A stretch of 18,115 bases of DNA from contig JALGVI010000057.1 of assembly GCA_029838215.1 (NCBI GenBank), positions 1 to 18,115 on the forward strand, given 5' to 3'. This DNA is from Candidatus Helarchaeota archaeon. Its GTDB lineage: Archaea; Asgardarchaeota; Lokiarchaeia; Helarchaeales; RDOG01. The translations under genes and the position numbers were made by a program. Within the stretch, counting starts at the first letter, position 1, and each line of letters begins with the position of its first letter. Positions 7,572-14,987 of this stretch are shown here, piece by piece. Below the pieces are notes generated by a model. It did no database searches, was not told where the DNA came from, and saw nothing but the letters and a program-made list of their open reading frames with translations.

Positions 7572-8816
7572 TTATTTCTCCTCGACCATTTTTTCCTTCC
7601 ATTCTTCGATTTTTTGATAAAGGACTTTCAGGATTTGTTGGTCCGGAGCCTTGTTTGGCGGGTATTTCTTTAGTTTCCGGGCAAATGTTCCCACTTCGTA
7701 TAGAAGAGGATGCCATTTCCAACTTTTGCTTATGGTATCACGTCCATTTTCGATGATCTTTGCCAATGCTTGTGCCGATTCACCCCGTTGAGCTCTTTGC
7801 TCGATAAGGTCAAAAACTTCTAGCACGATGGGTGGTGTCTTGCCTTTTTTTGCCGCGCCCGGTTTGGTCGCTCCTGCACTCGCTGGTTTAGCACTGATGG
7901 GCTTAGCCACTGCAGGTGCCGCCTTAGCTGCTGTTCGTGTTGCTTTAAGAGGGCCTGCTGAAGTCTTCTTTGGACCACTTGTCAGGGGTTTCATGAATCG
8001 TGAAGGTACATCACCTGACCCTGTAGATGAGGCTGCTGGCTTGGGTGCAAAAGAAGACGAGCTAACGGGTGATACTGGTGCAGCGGAAGGAATCGTCACG
8101 CCAGACCTGACGGATGATCGTAATTCACTCATGGATGCCTTTAATTCTGGAACGAGAACTTTAAGATCTGCAAGAGACTGGGCTGATTTTGAAATTTCTG
8201 ATAGCGTGCCTTTTAAGCCCTTGATGGAAGCCATGGTTCCTCGTAATTCTTCAATTGATGGTTTTAGCGATTTTGCAAGAGATCCCAAATCTGCCAGTCC
8301 TGCAATTCCTTCAAACGAATTTGACAGTGTATCCATGGTGCCTTTCAGACCTCCCATGGCTATCTTTAACTCACCCATGATGCCCAAAGCGGCCTCGAAT
8401 CCCTCCTTGAGTTCGCTGAATCCTCGAACTTGATCTTTGATTTCACGAATGGGTTTCTCCAATTCACCCATGCGGACGGCTGCTTGATTAATGACATTCG
8501 CCGTTTGAGCAAGATTTCCCATACCCTGTATCGATTTCTGAATTCCTTCAATTGACACCTGCATGTGCCTAATTGCACCTGCAGAATCAGCTAATTGATT
8601 CAGAACGGGTGTTAATTGCCCCATGGATGCTACGGCTGTTTTAACTTCTGTAAGCCAGCGATCCAAGTCTGCAACATTAGGTAATGAACCTTGTAATTTT
8701 TCCATGGATACTTTTAACTTGCCTATTTCTGAAATGAGATATCGGCGACCCATGATGACTTCATCGATTTTTTCCTTGATTTGTTCAAAAATCGTGCCTT
8801 TTTCTGCCATCGTCAT
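7572..8816 (-). CDS. Coiled-coil repeat protein with an Ala/Pro/Lys/Ser low-complexity linker and a C-terminal four-helix bundle (Vps28-CTD-like, tentative)
   Basis: aa 34-236 amphipathic repeats; aa 241-328 PAKS-rich; aa 328-410 has four predicted helices (PPIVLEVFDLIEQRAQR / AQALAKIIENGRDTISKS / LLYEVGTFARKLKKY / QILKVLYQKIEEWKEKM). Confidence 0.75.
   Translation of the reverse strand: MTMAEKGTIFEQIKEKIDEVIMGRRYLISEIGKLKVSMEKLQGSLPNVADLDRWLTEVKTAVASMGQLTPVLNQLADSAGAIRHMQVSIEGIQKSIQGMGNLAQTANVINQAAVRMGELEKPIREIKDQVRGFSELKEGFEAALGIMGELKIAMGGLKGTMDTLSNSFEGIAGLADLGSLAKSLKPSIEELRGTMASIKGLKGTLSEISKSAQSLADLKVLVPELKASMSELRSSVRSGVTIPSAAPVSPVSSSSFAPKPAASSTGSGDVPSRFMKPLTSGPKKTSAGPLKATRTAAKAAPAVAKPISAKPASAGATKPGAAKKGKTPPIVLEVFDLIEQRAQRGESAQALAKIIENGRDTISKSWKWHPLLYEVGTFARKLKKYPPNKAPDQQILKVLYQKIEEWKEKMVEEK
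8109..8717 (-). repeat. Degenerate 17-residue (51-nt) coding repeat array
   Basis: Units start at L34, L51, L68, M85, L102, L119, then L184, L201, L218, with hydrophobic spacing 4-3-4-3-3. Examples: LKVSMEKLQGSLPNVAD, MQVSIEGIQKSIQGMGN, LKPSIEELRGTMASIKG, LKGTLSEISKSAQSLAD. Confidence 0.75.
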
Positions 8817-8984
8817 TTCCTCGATTATTTTTCAACATCTTCAAAGTTGTAATCTGTTAGACTTTCCAACAATTTTAAAATTGTTATGTTGCTTATCATT
8901 TTTTATTACTATCGTATAAGATATAAATAAATATTGCAAAGACTTTGGTTCAAGTAAAATTTTATTGAAGAAATTCATCGTTCG

Positions 8985-11330
8985 GTGAATGGATGGTCCA
9001 TGATGACGGAAGCGCGGTTAAGTGTAGAAAATCTTGCCAACTTGAATATAACTATTTATGGCTTTCACGATGATGAAGGTTATACCACGGGTGGTCTGGT
9101 TTCTCCGGGCATGACACGAATCGCACGAAAACTTGTTAATGAATTAATTAATAAGGTCGCCGATTATTTTTTTAGTTTTAATGCTCTCTTGGAAGACTTT
9201 TTGGGATATCGTTTGTATTTCTCCGAATTTCTATTACGTAGCCTTGTTGAAGAAAAAAATTTTGGCATTTTACCAAAAGGTGTTCTCTTGATTCCCGGAC
9301 GGTTTAAGGATAGTTCAAATTTCGTCTTGAGTCTCGAATATGAACGCGGTCTCATTGATCCTTATCAAGGTATTAAACAAATGGATGAATTATGCGATTA
9401 TACTCATCAAATAATGGAAGCAATGCTCAGACCTGAAATCTCTATCGAGAAGCGCAACGTAATTCTTGAAAAGTTTTCCCGCCGGAACGCAAAAAAATTA
9501 TATGGCATATTTCTTGATAAAGAGTGGGAACGAAAATACTCTGGTAAGGACAATGATAAGACATTTGACCAAATGAGTACAGAAACCGAAATCATTTTAA
9601 CGGGACTTTTAAGACCTGATTATGGGGTTTTTCCACCGGGAATTGAGGTAATTGAATATTCCTTGAAGGAAATCATTCCCGCGCAAAGGAAAAAGGATTA
9701 CATGTATCTGGAAGAGATGCCCACCATAGCGAGCGTTAAATCCATCATTCAGAAGTTATTTCCATTCGCCACAAATTTATTCAAGCCATTGAAAGAAAGC
9801 ACGGGAAATTTTATTGAAATAATGGTTTTGGATGTATTTTCTCAGTATTTTTTGGAGATAATTGATTCATTTGACAAGCCACGTCCCCCTTTTTTCTTAA
9901 ACTCACTTTTAGCTGAGGAAACTGCCGTATTTACCGATGCATTTAATTCATTTCATCGACAATTAGAAGAATACATGAAGAGTGGAAAAAAGCAGACCTT
10001 GCAGAAGCACGGCGAAGATATTTGGCAAGCGGTCGTTAATTCTGGAGTTGGTGTTCAACAATCTTTACTCAGAAAAATTTATGATGCATTTCTGGAGCAC
10101 GTAAAAATCGAGCGTGGAAATGAAACCGAGGAGATCCTTCCGACTTGGGAATTAAAAAAACATCTGAACTTCACGGAAATCGGCAAACGCACGATAAAGC
10201 ATCTCGAGAAACGCGCCCTATCTTATCTGGCAATGTCGTGCGAACACGATTTAATTGAATCTTATATCAATTCTTTCGAAAAAGAAATATTATCACGACA
10301 GGATGACCCTGTAAAAATCATTTCTCATCCATATCTGCAGAAATTTCGTGGTTTCGTTGAGAATGAGATCAAGAAAAAATACATACAAAAGGCGATTACT
10401 GAAAAACTCAACGAAACGGTCATTGAAGATCAATTTCAAAAAGACCTGCTTGCATATTCTAAGAAATTTTTGGGAAACATCACGCTGACGCTGGATGATC
10501 TCATTACTTTCACGAGCACCTTCATGGAACGCCGCGTGACAGATCCCATTGGTAAGGAAAGGTTCTCAAAAATACATGAAATCGTGAAAACATATTCGGG
10601 TGAGATAAAATTCCTATTGGATTACGTGGTTCGTCACTCCATATTAAATCCATTTTTGAAACATTCAAAACAGGTATTATCTGAGCCCGGATTCGAAGAT
10701 CATTTCATTCAGCTATTAATTGAGTTCCTTGAAAGCCGCCTGATAATGCCACTACATTGGAAGGTTCTCGTTGAAGAGTGGCTAACGAAGTTCGAAATAA
10801 AGGCTGAAGGAAAAACATGGTCCATGCATGACCAAATCATGGAATTTCAGAAATACCTTCAGCAATTAAAACAAAATGAAATGCAACCCGAACGTTTTCT
10901 AAAACATCTCAACGATCATGTCTTTAAAAAATACCAAGAAGATCAAGCCGAAGTTGAAATTGCATTGATTCGGCTCTTTCGAGAGCTTTTCAGGCAGAGC
11001 ATGGAAATTAGTCAAATGATACCCGAATTCCTCCTGAATAACTTCACTGATTTCGTGAAAAATAATCAAGTGAAGATTTCATCAAAAATACCAAAAGAGT
11101 TTTTATTTGAAAAAGAAATGGAATTTAAGGATTTTATAGAGAAATTAGAAATCCTAAGTTTTCCTCAATTGTCCTGTTATCCACGCTTGATCATATTGCA
11201 AAACAAGAAAATCCCTGAACTGCAATACAAGTTAAGCTTTGAATATTCTGGAGAACAAATGGAACGAACACGTATTACAGCTTCCTCAAATTATGAGTTA
11301 ATTAAATCCAAAATCCGTTTCAAATACTAG
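8985..11330 (+). CDS. Large hypothetical, mostly alpha-helical protein (about 780 aa), possible N-terminal longin/uDENN-like domain; start probably ATG9000 or ATG9003
   Basis: 2.3-kb uninterrupted ORF with GGTGA upstream of ATG9000. No recognisable enzymatic motif. Confidence 0.85.
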   Translation: MNGWSMMTEARLSVENLANLNITIYGFHDDEGYTTGGLVSPGMTRIARKLVNELINKVADYFFSFNALLEDFLGYRLYFSEFLLRSLVEEKNFGILPKGVLLIPGRFKDSSNFVLSLEYERGLIDPYQGIKQMDELCDYTHQIMEAMLRPEISIEKRNVILEKFSRRNAKKLYGIFLDKEWERKYSGKDNDKTFDQMSTETEIILTGLLRPDYGVFPPGIEVIEYSLKEIIPAQRKKDYMYLEEMPTIASVKSIIQKLFPFATNLFKPLKESTGNFIEIMVLDVFSQYFLEIIDSFDKPRPPFFLNSLLAEETAVFTDAFNSFHRQLEEYMKSGKKQTLQKHGEDIWQAVVNSGVGVQQSLLRKIYDAFLEHVKIERGNETEEILPTWELKKHLNFTEIGKRTIKHLEKRALSYLAMSCEHDLIESYINSFEKEILSRQDDPVKIISHPYLQKFRGFVENEIKKKYIQKAITEKLNETVIEDQFQKDLLAYSKKFLGNITLTLDDLITFTSTFMERRVTDPIGKERFSKIHEIVKTYSGEIKFLLDYVVRHSILNPFLKHSKQVLSEPGFEDHFIQLLIEFLESRLIMPLHWKVLVEEWLTKFEIKAEGKTWSMHDQIMEFQKYLQQLKQNEMQPERFLKHLNDHVFKKYQEDQAEVEIALIRLFRELFRQSMEISQMIPEFLLNNFTDFVKNNQVKISSKIPKEFLFEKEMEFKDFIEKLEILSFPQLSCYPRLIILQNKKIPELQYKLSFEYSGEQMERTRITASSNYELIKSKIRFKY

Positions 11331-11347
11331 CACGTAAGTGAAGGATT

Positions 11348-11725
11348 ATGAGTAAGCGAAAGGCCCCCATAAAAATAGACGATGCTGAAGATGAGTTACC
11401 GGCTCTTAAGGATGAGAGTGTTTCAGACTCTGAAACTGCAGAGCAAGGTGATCAACAAGAGGAAGCAACACGTTCCCGAAAAAAACGTAGGGCAAGACGA
11501 CTTGAGCTTAAAAAAGAAGAGTCAAAGTTCAAGCAATATTTATCACACGTGATTTTTACTACAATTCTCTTTTTCCTATTCACGAGTGGGTTCATTCTCG
11601 CTTCGGTTCTGATGGCATTCCAAGTCCTTCCCACGATAGCCATTATTATTGCGACAGTCGTAACGATCATTGGAACGGGTATTGGACTCGTTTTAGTGCA
11701 TCAATATGTAAAACGATTCTTTTAA
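11348..11725 (+). CDS. Small membrane protein: disordered acidic N-terminus, basic cluster, two C-terminal TM helices
   Basis: 17 nt downstream of the previous gene with an AAGGA RBS. RSRKKRRARR cluster; hydrophobic segments VIFTTILFFLFTSGFILASVLMAF and IAIIIATVVTIIGTGIGLVLV. Confidence 0.8.
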   Translation: MSKRKAPIKIDDAEDELPALKDESVSDSETAEQGDQQEEATRSRKKRRARRLELKKEESKFKQYLSHVIFTTILFFLFTSGFILASVLMAFQVLPTIAIIIATVVTIIGTGIGLVLVHQYVKRFF

Positions 11726-11748
11726 TTTTTAAAATTAGATTTGTTTCT

Positions 11749-12039
11749 TTATCCCCCTGCCACGGGTGGGCAGATGACGATCGTGTCTCCTTCTTTTAAT
11801 TCCGTATTTAAGCCGTTTAAGAATCTGATGTTCTTGCCATTTACCAAAACCAGCATGTGATCGTGGAAAAGTCCCGTTTCCGCATTCACGAATAAATTGT
11901 CCTCGAGGAGTGCATCTCCAAACTTCTGGACGATTTTACGTTCCAAGTCTTCTATCGTGTTGCTTTCAATTTCTAACTCTTCTCTTCCGACTCGATCACT
12001 GAGGATTAATAGTAACTTCACGTGAACAAGTGGACTCAT
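11749..12039 (-). CDS. Ubiquitin-like beta-grasp protein, MoaD/ThiS/SAMP/Urm1 family, C-terminal GG
   Basis: VLVNGKNIRFLNGLNTELKEGDTIVICPPVAGG* is the typical MoaD/SAMP1 C-terminal signature. Confidence 0.93.
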   Translation of the reverse strand: MSPLVHVKLLLILSDRVGREELEIESNTIEDLERKIVQKFGDALLEDNLFVNAETGLFHDHMLVLVNGKNIRFLNGLNTELKEGDTIVICPPVAGG

Positions 12040-12042
12040 GAA

Positions 12043-13011
12043 TCAAGCTCCTTTTTTCTTTGCAGGGAAATCATAGCCACCCTTTTTCTTCTTTCCCTTG
12101 GCATCAACCGCTTCTTCAATGATCGGTTCTACAAGGTGCGTGTCTGTCTTATAGATGATTTGTTCAAGCTCACGAACCAATTCAGTCCACGTAGGAGGAT
12201 GAACGAAATCCCAATTTTTTACCGTCTGTAATATGTCTCTGATTCGTTGTGGCGGTCCAATCCTGTCTTCAAGCTCTTGAGGATATGTAAACGTGGGCGG
12301 CTTTGGATATTCTCGAAAATTCAACTTGACTTCAAAAGTCGTGCTTTCAATCTTACCTGATTCTTTCAACCCAACTGAAGATGTCATGAAGAATTTTGGG
12401 CGCGTGAAGTCAAGCTTGAGATTTTTTTCTTGCTCAAGATCCCACATGTTTTTCCAAACTTCTTTCTTCTTACCAACGACAGGGAATTCACAACCAAATT
12501 CCTGAACTAAAAGTTGTGTTTGTTCTGTTATTAATGCGTCTCGTCTTGCTAATTCCTCAGATGCGGGTGTTATGTTAGTTCGTTGCTCCACGGTCTTGTC
12601 AATTGCTGACAATTCATCATAATCTGCTGAAGCTCGAATCATGAGTTCCAATTCGGTGGAGAATTCCTTCATTCCTTTGGGCAATTTATCCGACACGAAT
12701 TCTTCTTCTGAACTAAAAATCGTCTGGAGCATTTCAGACGTTCGTCTCATGAAAGTATGAATGAGGAGCGGATCGGTGTGCGTGTCAGCTCCAAAAATAA
12801 TGATGGCAAATCCGAAATTTCCAAAATAAAAACGGTATTCTTCTCCATTTTTTAAAATTTCAATGCTACCTTCCTTCTTCTTACGAAAATATGGGACATA
12901 TGCTGCCATTACCTTGAGCATCTTTTCAAAATCAGGATAAATGTCCCAATAATCCTTATAGAAGAAGAATTTCAAGTTGGATTTTTTCACGATTGCCACG
13001 TTATGGATCAT
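12043..13011 (-). CDS. Longin domain fused to an E2-like (UBC/UEV/RWD-fold) domain lacking the catalytic cysteine
   Basis: aa 1-128 follows the longin beta-beta-alpha-beta-beta-beta-alpha-alpha pattern, starting MIHNVAIVKK. aa about 153-290 contains FEVKLNFREYPKPPTF and LQTVKNWDFVHPPTWTELVRELEQII, as in E2 folds (F-x5-YP-x2-PP ... L-x3-W ... i-x2-i-x2-ll). There is no HPN motif and no Cys in the active-site segment. Confidence 0.7.
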   Translation of the reverse strand: MIHNVAIVKKSNLKFFFYKDYWDIYPDFEKMLKVMAAYVPYFRKKKEGSIEILKNGEEYRFYFGNFGFAIIIFGADTHTDPLLIHTFMRRTSEMLQTIFSSEEEFVSDKLPKGMKEFSTELELMIRASADYDELSAIDKTVEQRTNITPASEELARRDALITEQTQLLVQEFGCEFPVVGKKKEVWKNMWDLEQEKNLKLDFTRPKFFMTSSVGLKESGKIESTTFEVKLNFREYPKPPTFTYPQELEDRIGPPQRIRDILQTVKNWDFVHPPTWTELVRELEQIIYKTDTHLVEPIIEEAVDAKGKKKKGGYDFPAKKKGA

Positions 13012-13048
13012 TAGATCGCCTCACTTATCATGTTTAATTAAACTCACT

Positions 13049-13055
13049 TATTTAA
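13049..13055 (-). promoter_or_regulatory. TATA-box candidate for the longin-UEV / UBL unit
   Basis: TTAAATA on the minus strand 38 nt upstream of ATG13011; GTGAGG RBS-like motif in the leader. Confidence 0.45.
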
Positions 13056-13135
13056 GAATATGTTTAATGAATCCTTGCAAGGTCTGATAAATCGTCCGTG
13101 AAGTCTGAATGGAAATAAAATAAAGAATTGGGAAT

Positions 13136-13507
13136 TTAATCGATTAGTTCCTCGAATATGTATTTATAGTAGTAATACGTCGAGACCGAAGCTCCAATAA
13201 GACATAGAACCGAAATAATGCAGTAGATGCCAAAAGTCACTGGAAATATCGGGTTAATACTTACTGATGTTAAATTAACTATCATGAATATAAGAGGGAA
13301 TGCGAGCAGGACGAGCGTCAGGATTCCCCACCTAAACGTCCATTTATCCTTATTTTTTCGGGCGAGAAATAGAATTAGAGCGTTTAAAGCAACTATTACA
13401 ATAGTGGCGATAAGTAATACAAGCGAAATTATGTTTGCAGGAAAAATTAATGGATTAGACAAGAAAAATACCTCATTATCTGTTGTAAAACATGTTTTTT
13501 TGATCAT
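13136..13507 (-). CDS. Small integral membrane protein (about 3 TM helices)
   Basis: Three long hydrophobic segments with a basic loop RKNKDK after TM1. Exact start uncertain. Confidence 0.7.
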   Translation of the reverse strand: MIKKTCFTTDNEVFFLSNPLIFPANIISLVLLIATIVIVALNALILFLARKNKDKWTFRWGILTLVLLAFPLIFMIVNLTSVSINPIFPVTFGIYCIISVLCLIGASVSTYYYYKYIFEELID

Positions 13508-13602
13508 TCTTTCTACAAGAACTATAAAATTGTTTTCTCAAATCGACAAAAAAGAATTAGAAAAAAAGAAAAATCGGGAAGAGTTGTAAGAAAAAATGGT
13601 AA

Positions 13603-14505
13603 TTAACGGCGCATGCGGGGATTCTTATAAAGGGACAACTCGAATGCGTCTGGTCTAAACTTGTATTTTTTCTTTGTAATCGCCTTGTAAAGATCTTTCA
13701 CGGAATCATTGACATCATCCAAGAATTTCGAAAGACACGCAAACAGGATTAATATTTGACGAAACGTCGGGTTGCCAGCCAAGTTTTTGTCCTTAAACTT
13801 GATTTCCCATTTGCCGCCAATGTCAATGACCTTTCCATCAACGTATGCTACTTGTTTTCCCGTAGCACAATCTTCAACTCGAAAATCCTCCCCAATGGCA
13901 AACATTTCCGACTCAATCTCAAAATACCTGAATTCCTTTGTCTTTTCATCGATTATGTAGAACATGTATCTTTGTCCGGCAAGAGTATGGTTTCTATAGA
14001 TGTTGTATACAAACTTGTCGCCTGGTAGGACAACTTTAAAGACTGGAAGAGGTTTTCTGGTTCCAATTGATAATGACATTGAATCAATCAGAGAGCTTTC
14101 AAGAGTACCTGTCCAACGCCCGCCTTTCTTGTCGTCAAGTTTTGTAAACGTCTTTATGATTATACGTCGATTCATTTTTGCCTCTTTCTTATCCTTGAAG
14201 CGTGATCTTAGCTTCGATTCATCATCAACATCCCAAGTATCTTCATTAAAAGCAATTGTCCATTCTTTGCCTTTATCTTTTCCTTGGAATTCAACTTCCC
14301 CGCGTACTTCCATTCCCTTGGTATATTGCCTGCTTTGTGCTCTCCTTTGGTCTTCACGTCGAACACCGATTGTTGCCCCATGCATCTTTGTTGCCCAAAA
14401 ATCCACGATGATTCTATCGTAAATGGTGCCTTTATCGTCAATTATTGATGGATCGAGTTCTTCTATGATATCATCTTCTGATATTTTATCTGACACGATT
14501 TTCAT
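13603..14505 (-). CDS. Tubby C-terminal / LURP-one / scramblase-like beta-barrel protein
   Basis: C-terminal half FEIESEMFAIGEDFRVED...VAYVDGKVIDIGGKWEIKF followed by the hydrophobic helix QILILFACLSKF matches the LURP-one pattern (f-x-iG-x-dF-x-i-x-d ... vA-x-vd-x-k ... y-x-i, then a core helix). Confidence 0.65.
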   Translation of the reverse strand: MKIVSDKISEDDIIEELDPSIIDDKGTIYDRIIVDFWATKMHGATIGVRREDQRRAQSRQYTKGMEVRGEVEFQGKDKGKEWTIAFNEDTWDVDDESKLRSRFKDKKEAKMNRRIIIKTFTKLDDKKGGRWTGTLESSLIDSMSLSIGTRKPLPVFKVVLPGDKFVYNIYRNHTLAGQRYMFYIIDEKTKEFRYFEIESEMFAIGEDFRVEDCATGKQVAYVDGKVIDIGGKWEIKFKDKNLAGNPTFRQILILFACLSKFLDDVNDSVKDLYKAITKKKYKFRPDAFELSLYKNPRMRR

Positions 14506-14605
14506 CCTCGAAATTGTTTAAGAATTCCTTTTCTTTTAATTCACATAATAAATCTTCAGTAATAAAACTCAATCTAAGAAAATTTAATATCTTCTCTTTA
14601 CAGGA

Positions 14606-14627
14606 TTTTATTTAAATTTTATTTAAA
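14606..14627. promoter_or_regulatory. Tandem 11-mer TTTTATTTAAA x2 in the divergent promoter region upstream of gatC
   Basis: Exact direct repeat at 14606-14616 and 14617-14627, 37 nt before ATG14664; TATA-like. Confidence 0.35.
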
Positions 14628-14663
14628 ACGAAATGAGACCGGAAACATCAAGGTCGTGAAAAA

Positions 14664-14978
14664 ATGCCAACATCCCCTAAAGAAAAATCGCAAAAATTCA
14701 TCACTCCTGAAGACGTGACTCATATTAGCAAATTATGCCGTCTAAAGCTTACTGAAAAAGAAGTAGATCAGTTCACAACGCAGTTTAATGATATTCTGGC
14801 TTTTTTTAAAAAGTTAGATGATATTGATACATCAAATACGCCGCCAATGTTTCACGTGATGGATGTGGAAAATGTATTTCGAAAGGATGAGGTAAAACCT
14901 TCTCTTTCCGAAGAAGGCATCTTTAGAAATGTTTCAAAACGAGAAGGTCGATTCATCAAGGCTCCTAGAATGACATGA
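14664..14978 (+). CDS. gatC: Asp-tRNA(Asn)/Glu-tRNA(Gln) amidotransferase subunit C
   Basis: ITPEDVTHISKLCRLKLTEKE, ILAFFKKLDDIDT, FRKDEV, FIKAPR; directly upstream of gatA. Confidence 0.95.
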   Translation: MPTSPKEKSQKFITPEDVTHISKLCRLKLTEKEVDQFTTQFNDILAFFKKLDDIDTSNTPPMFHVMDVENVFRKDEVKPSLSEEGIFRNVSKREGRFIKAPRMT

Positions 14979-14987
14979 GGATTTGAA

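Noticed and set aside
7833-8096. PAK-rich segment as a histone H1 homolog
   Set aside because: Compositional similarity only; better explained as a disordered linker.
7828-8433. 201-aa plus-strand ORF
   Set aside because: Antisense shadow of the Ala/Pro/Ser-rich, repeat-containing 414-aa gene; no recognisable motif.
11749-12039. Calling the UBL a true eukaryote-like ubiquitin
   Set aside because: Its sequence (NG-x-NI-x2-L-x-GL-x-T-x-L-x2-GD...PPVAGG) is MoaD/SAMP/Urm1-type, not ubiquitin-type (LRLRGG).
12043-13011. Calling the protein an active E2 conjugating enzyme
   Set aside because: No HPN motif and no Cys in the active-site region; the only Cys (aa 174) lies elsewhere.
13227-14441. 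Alternative-frame ORFs over the membrane protein and LURP-like genes
   Set aside because: Shadows of longer, compositionally coherent minus-strand genes.
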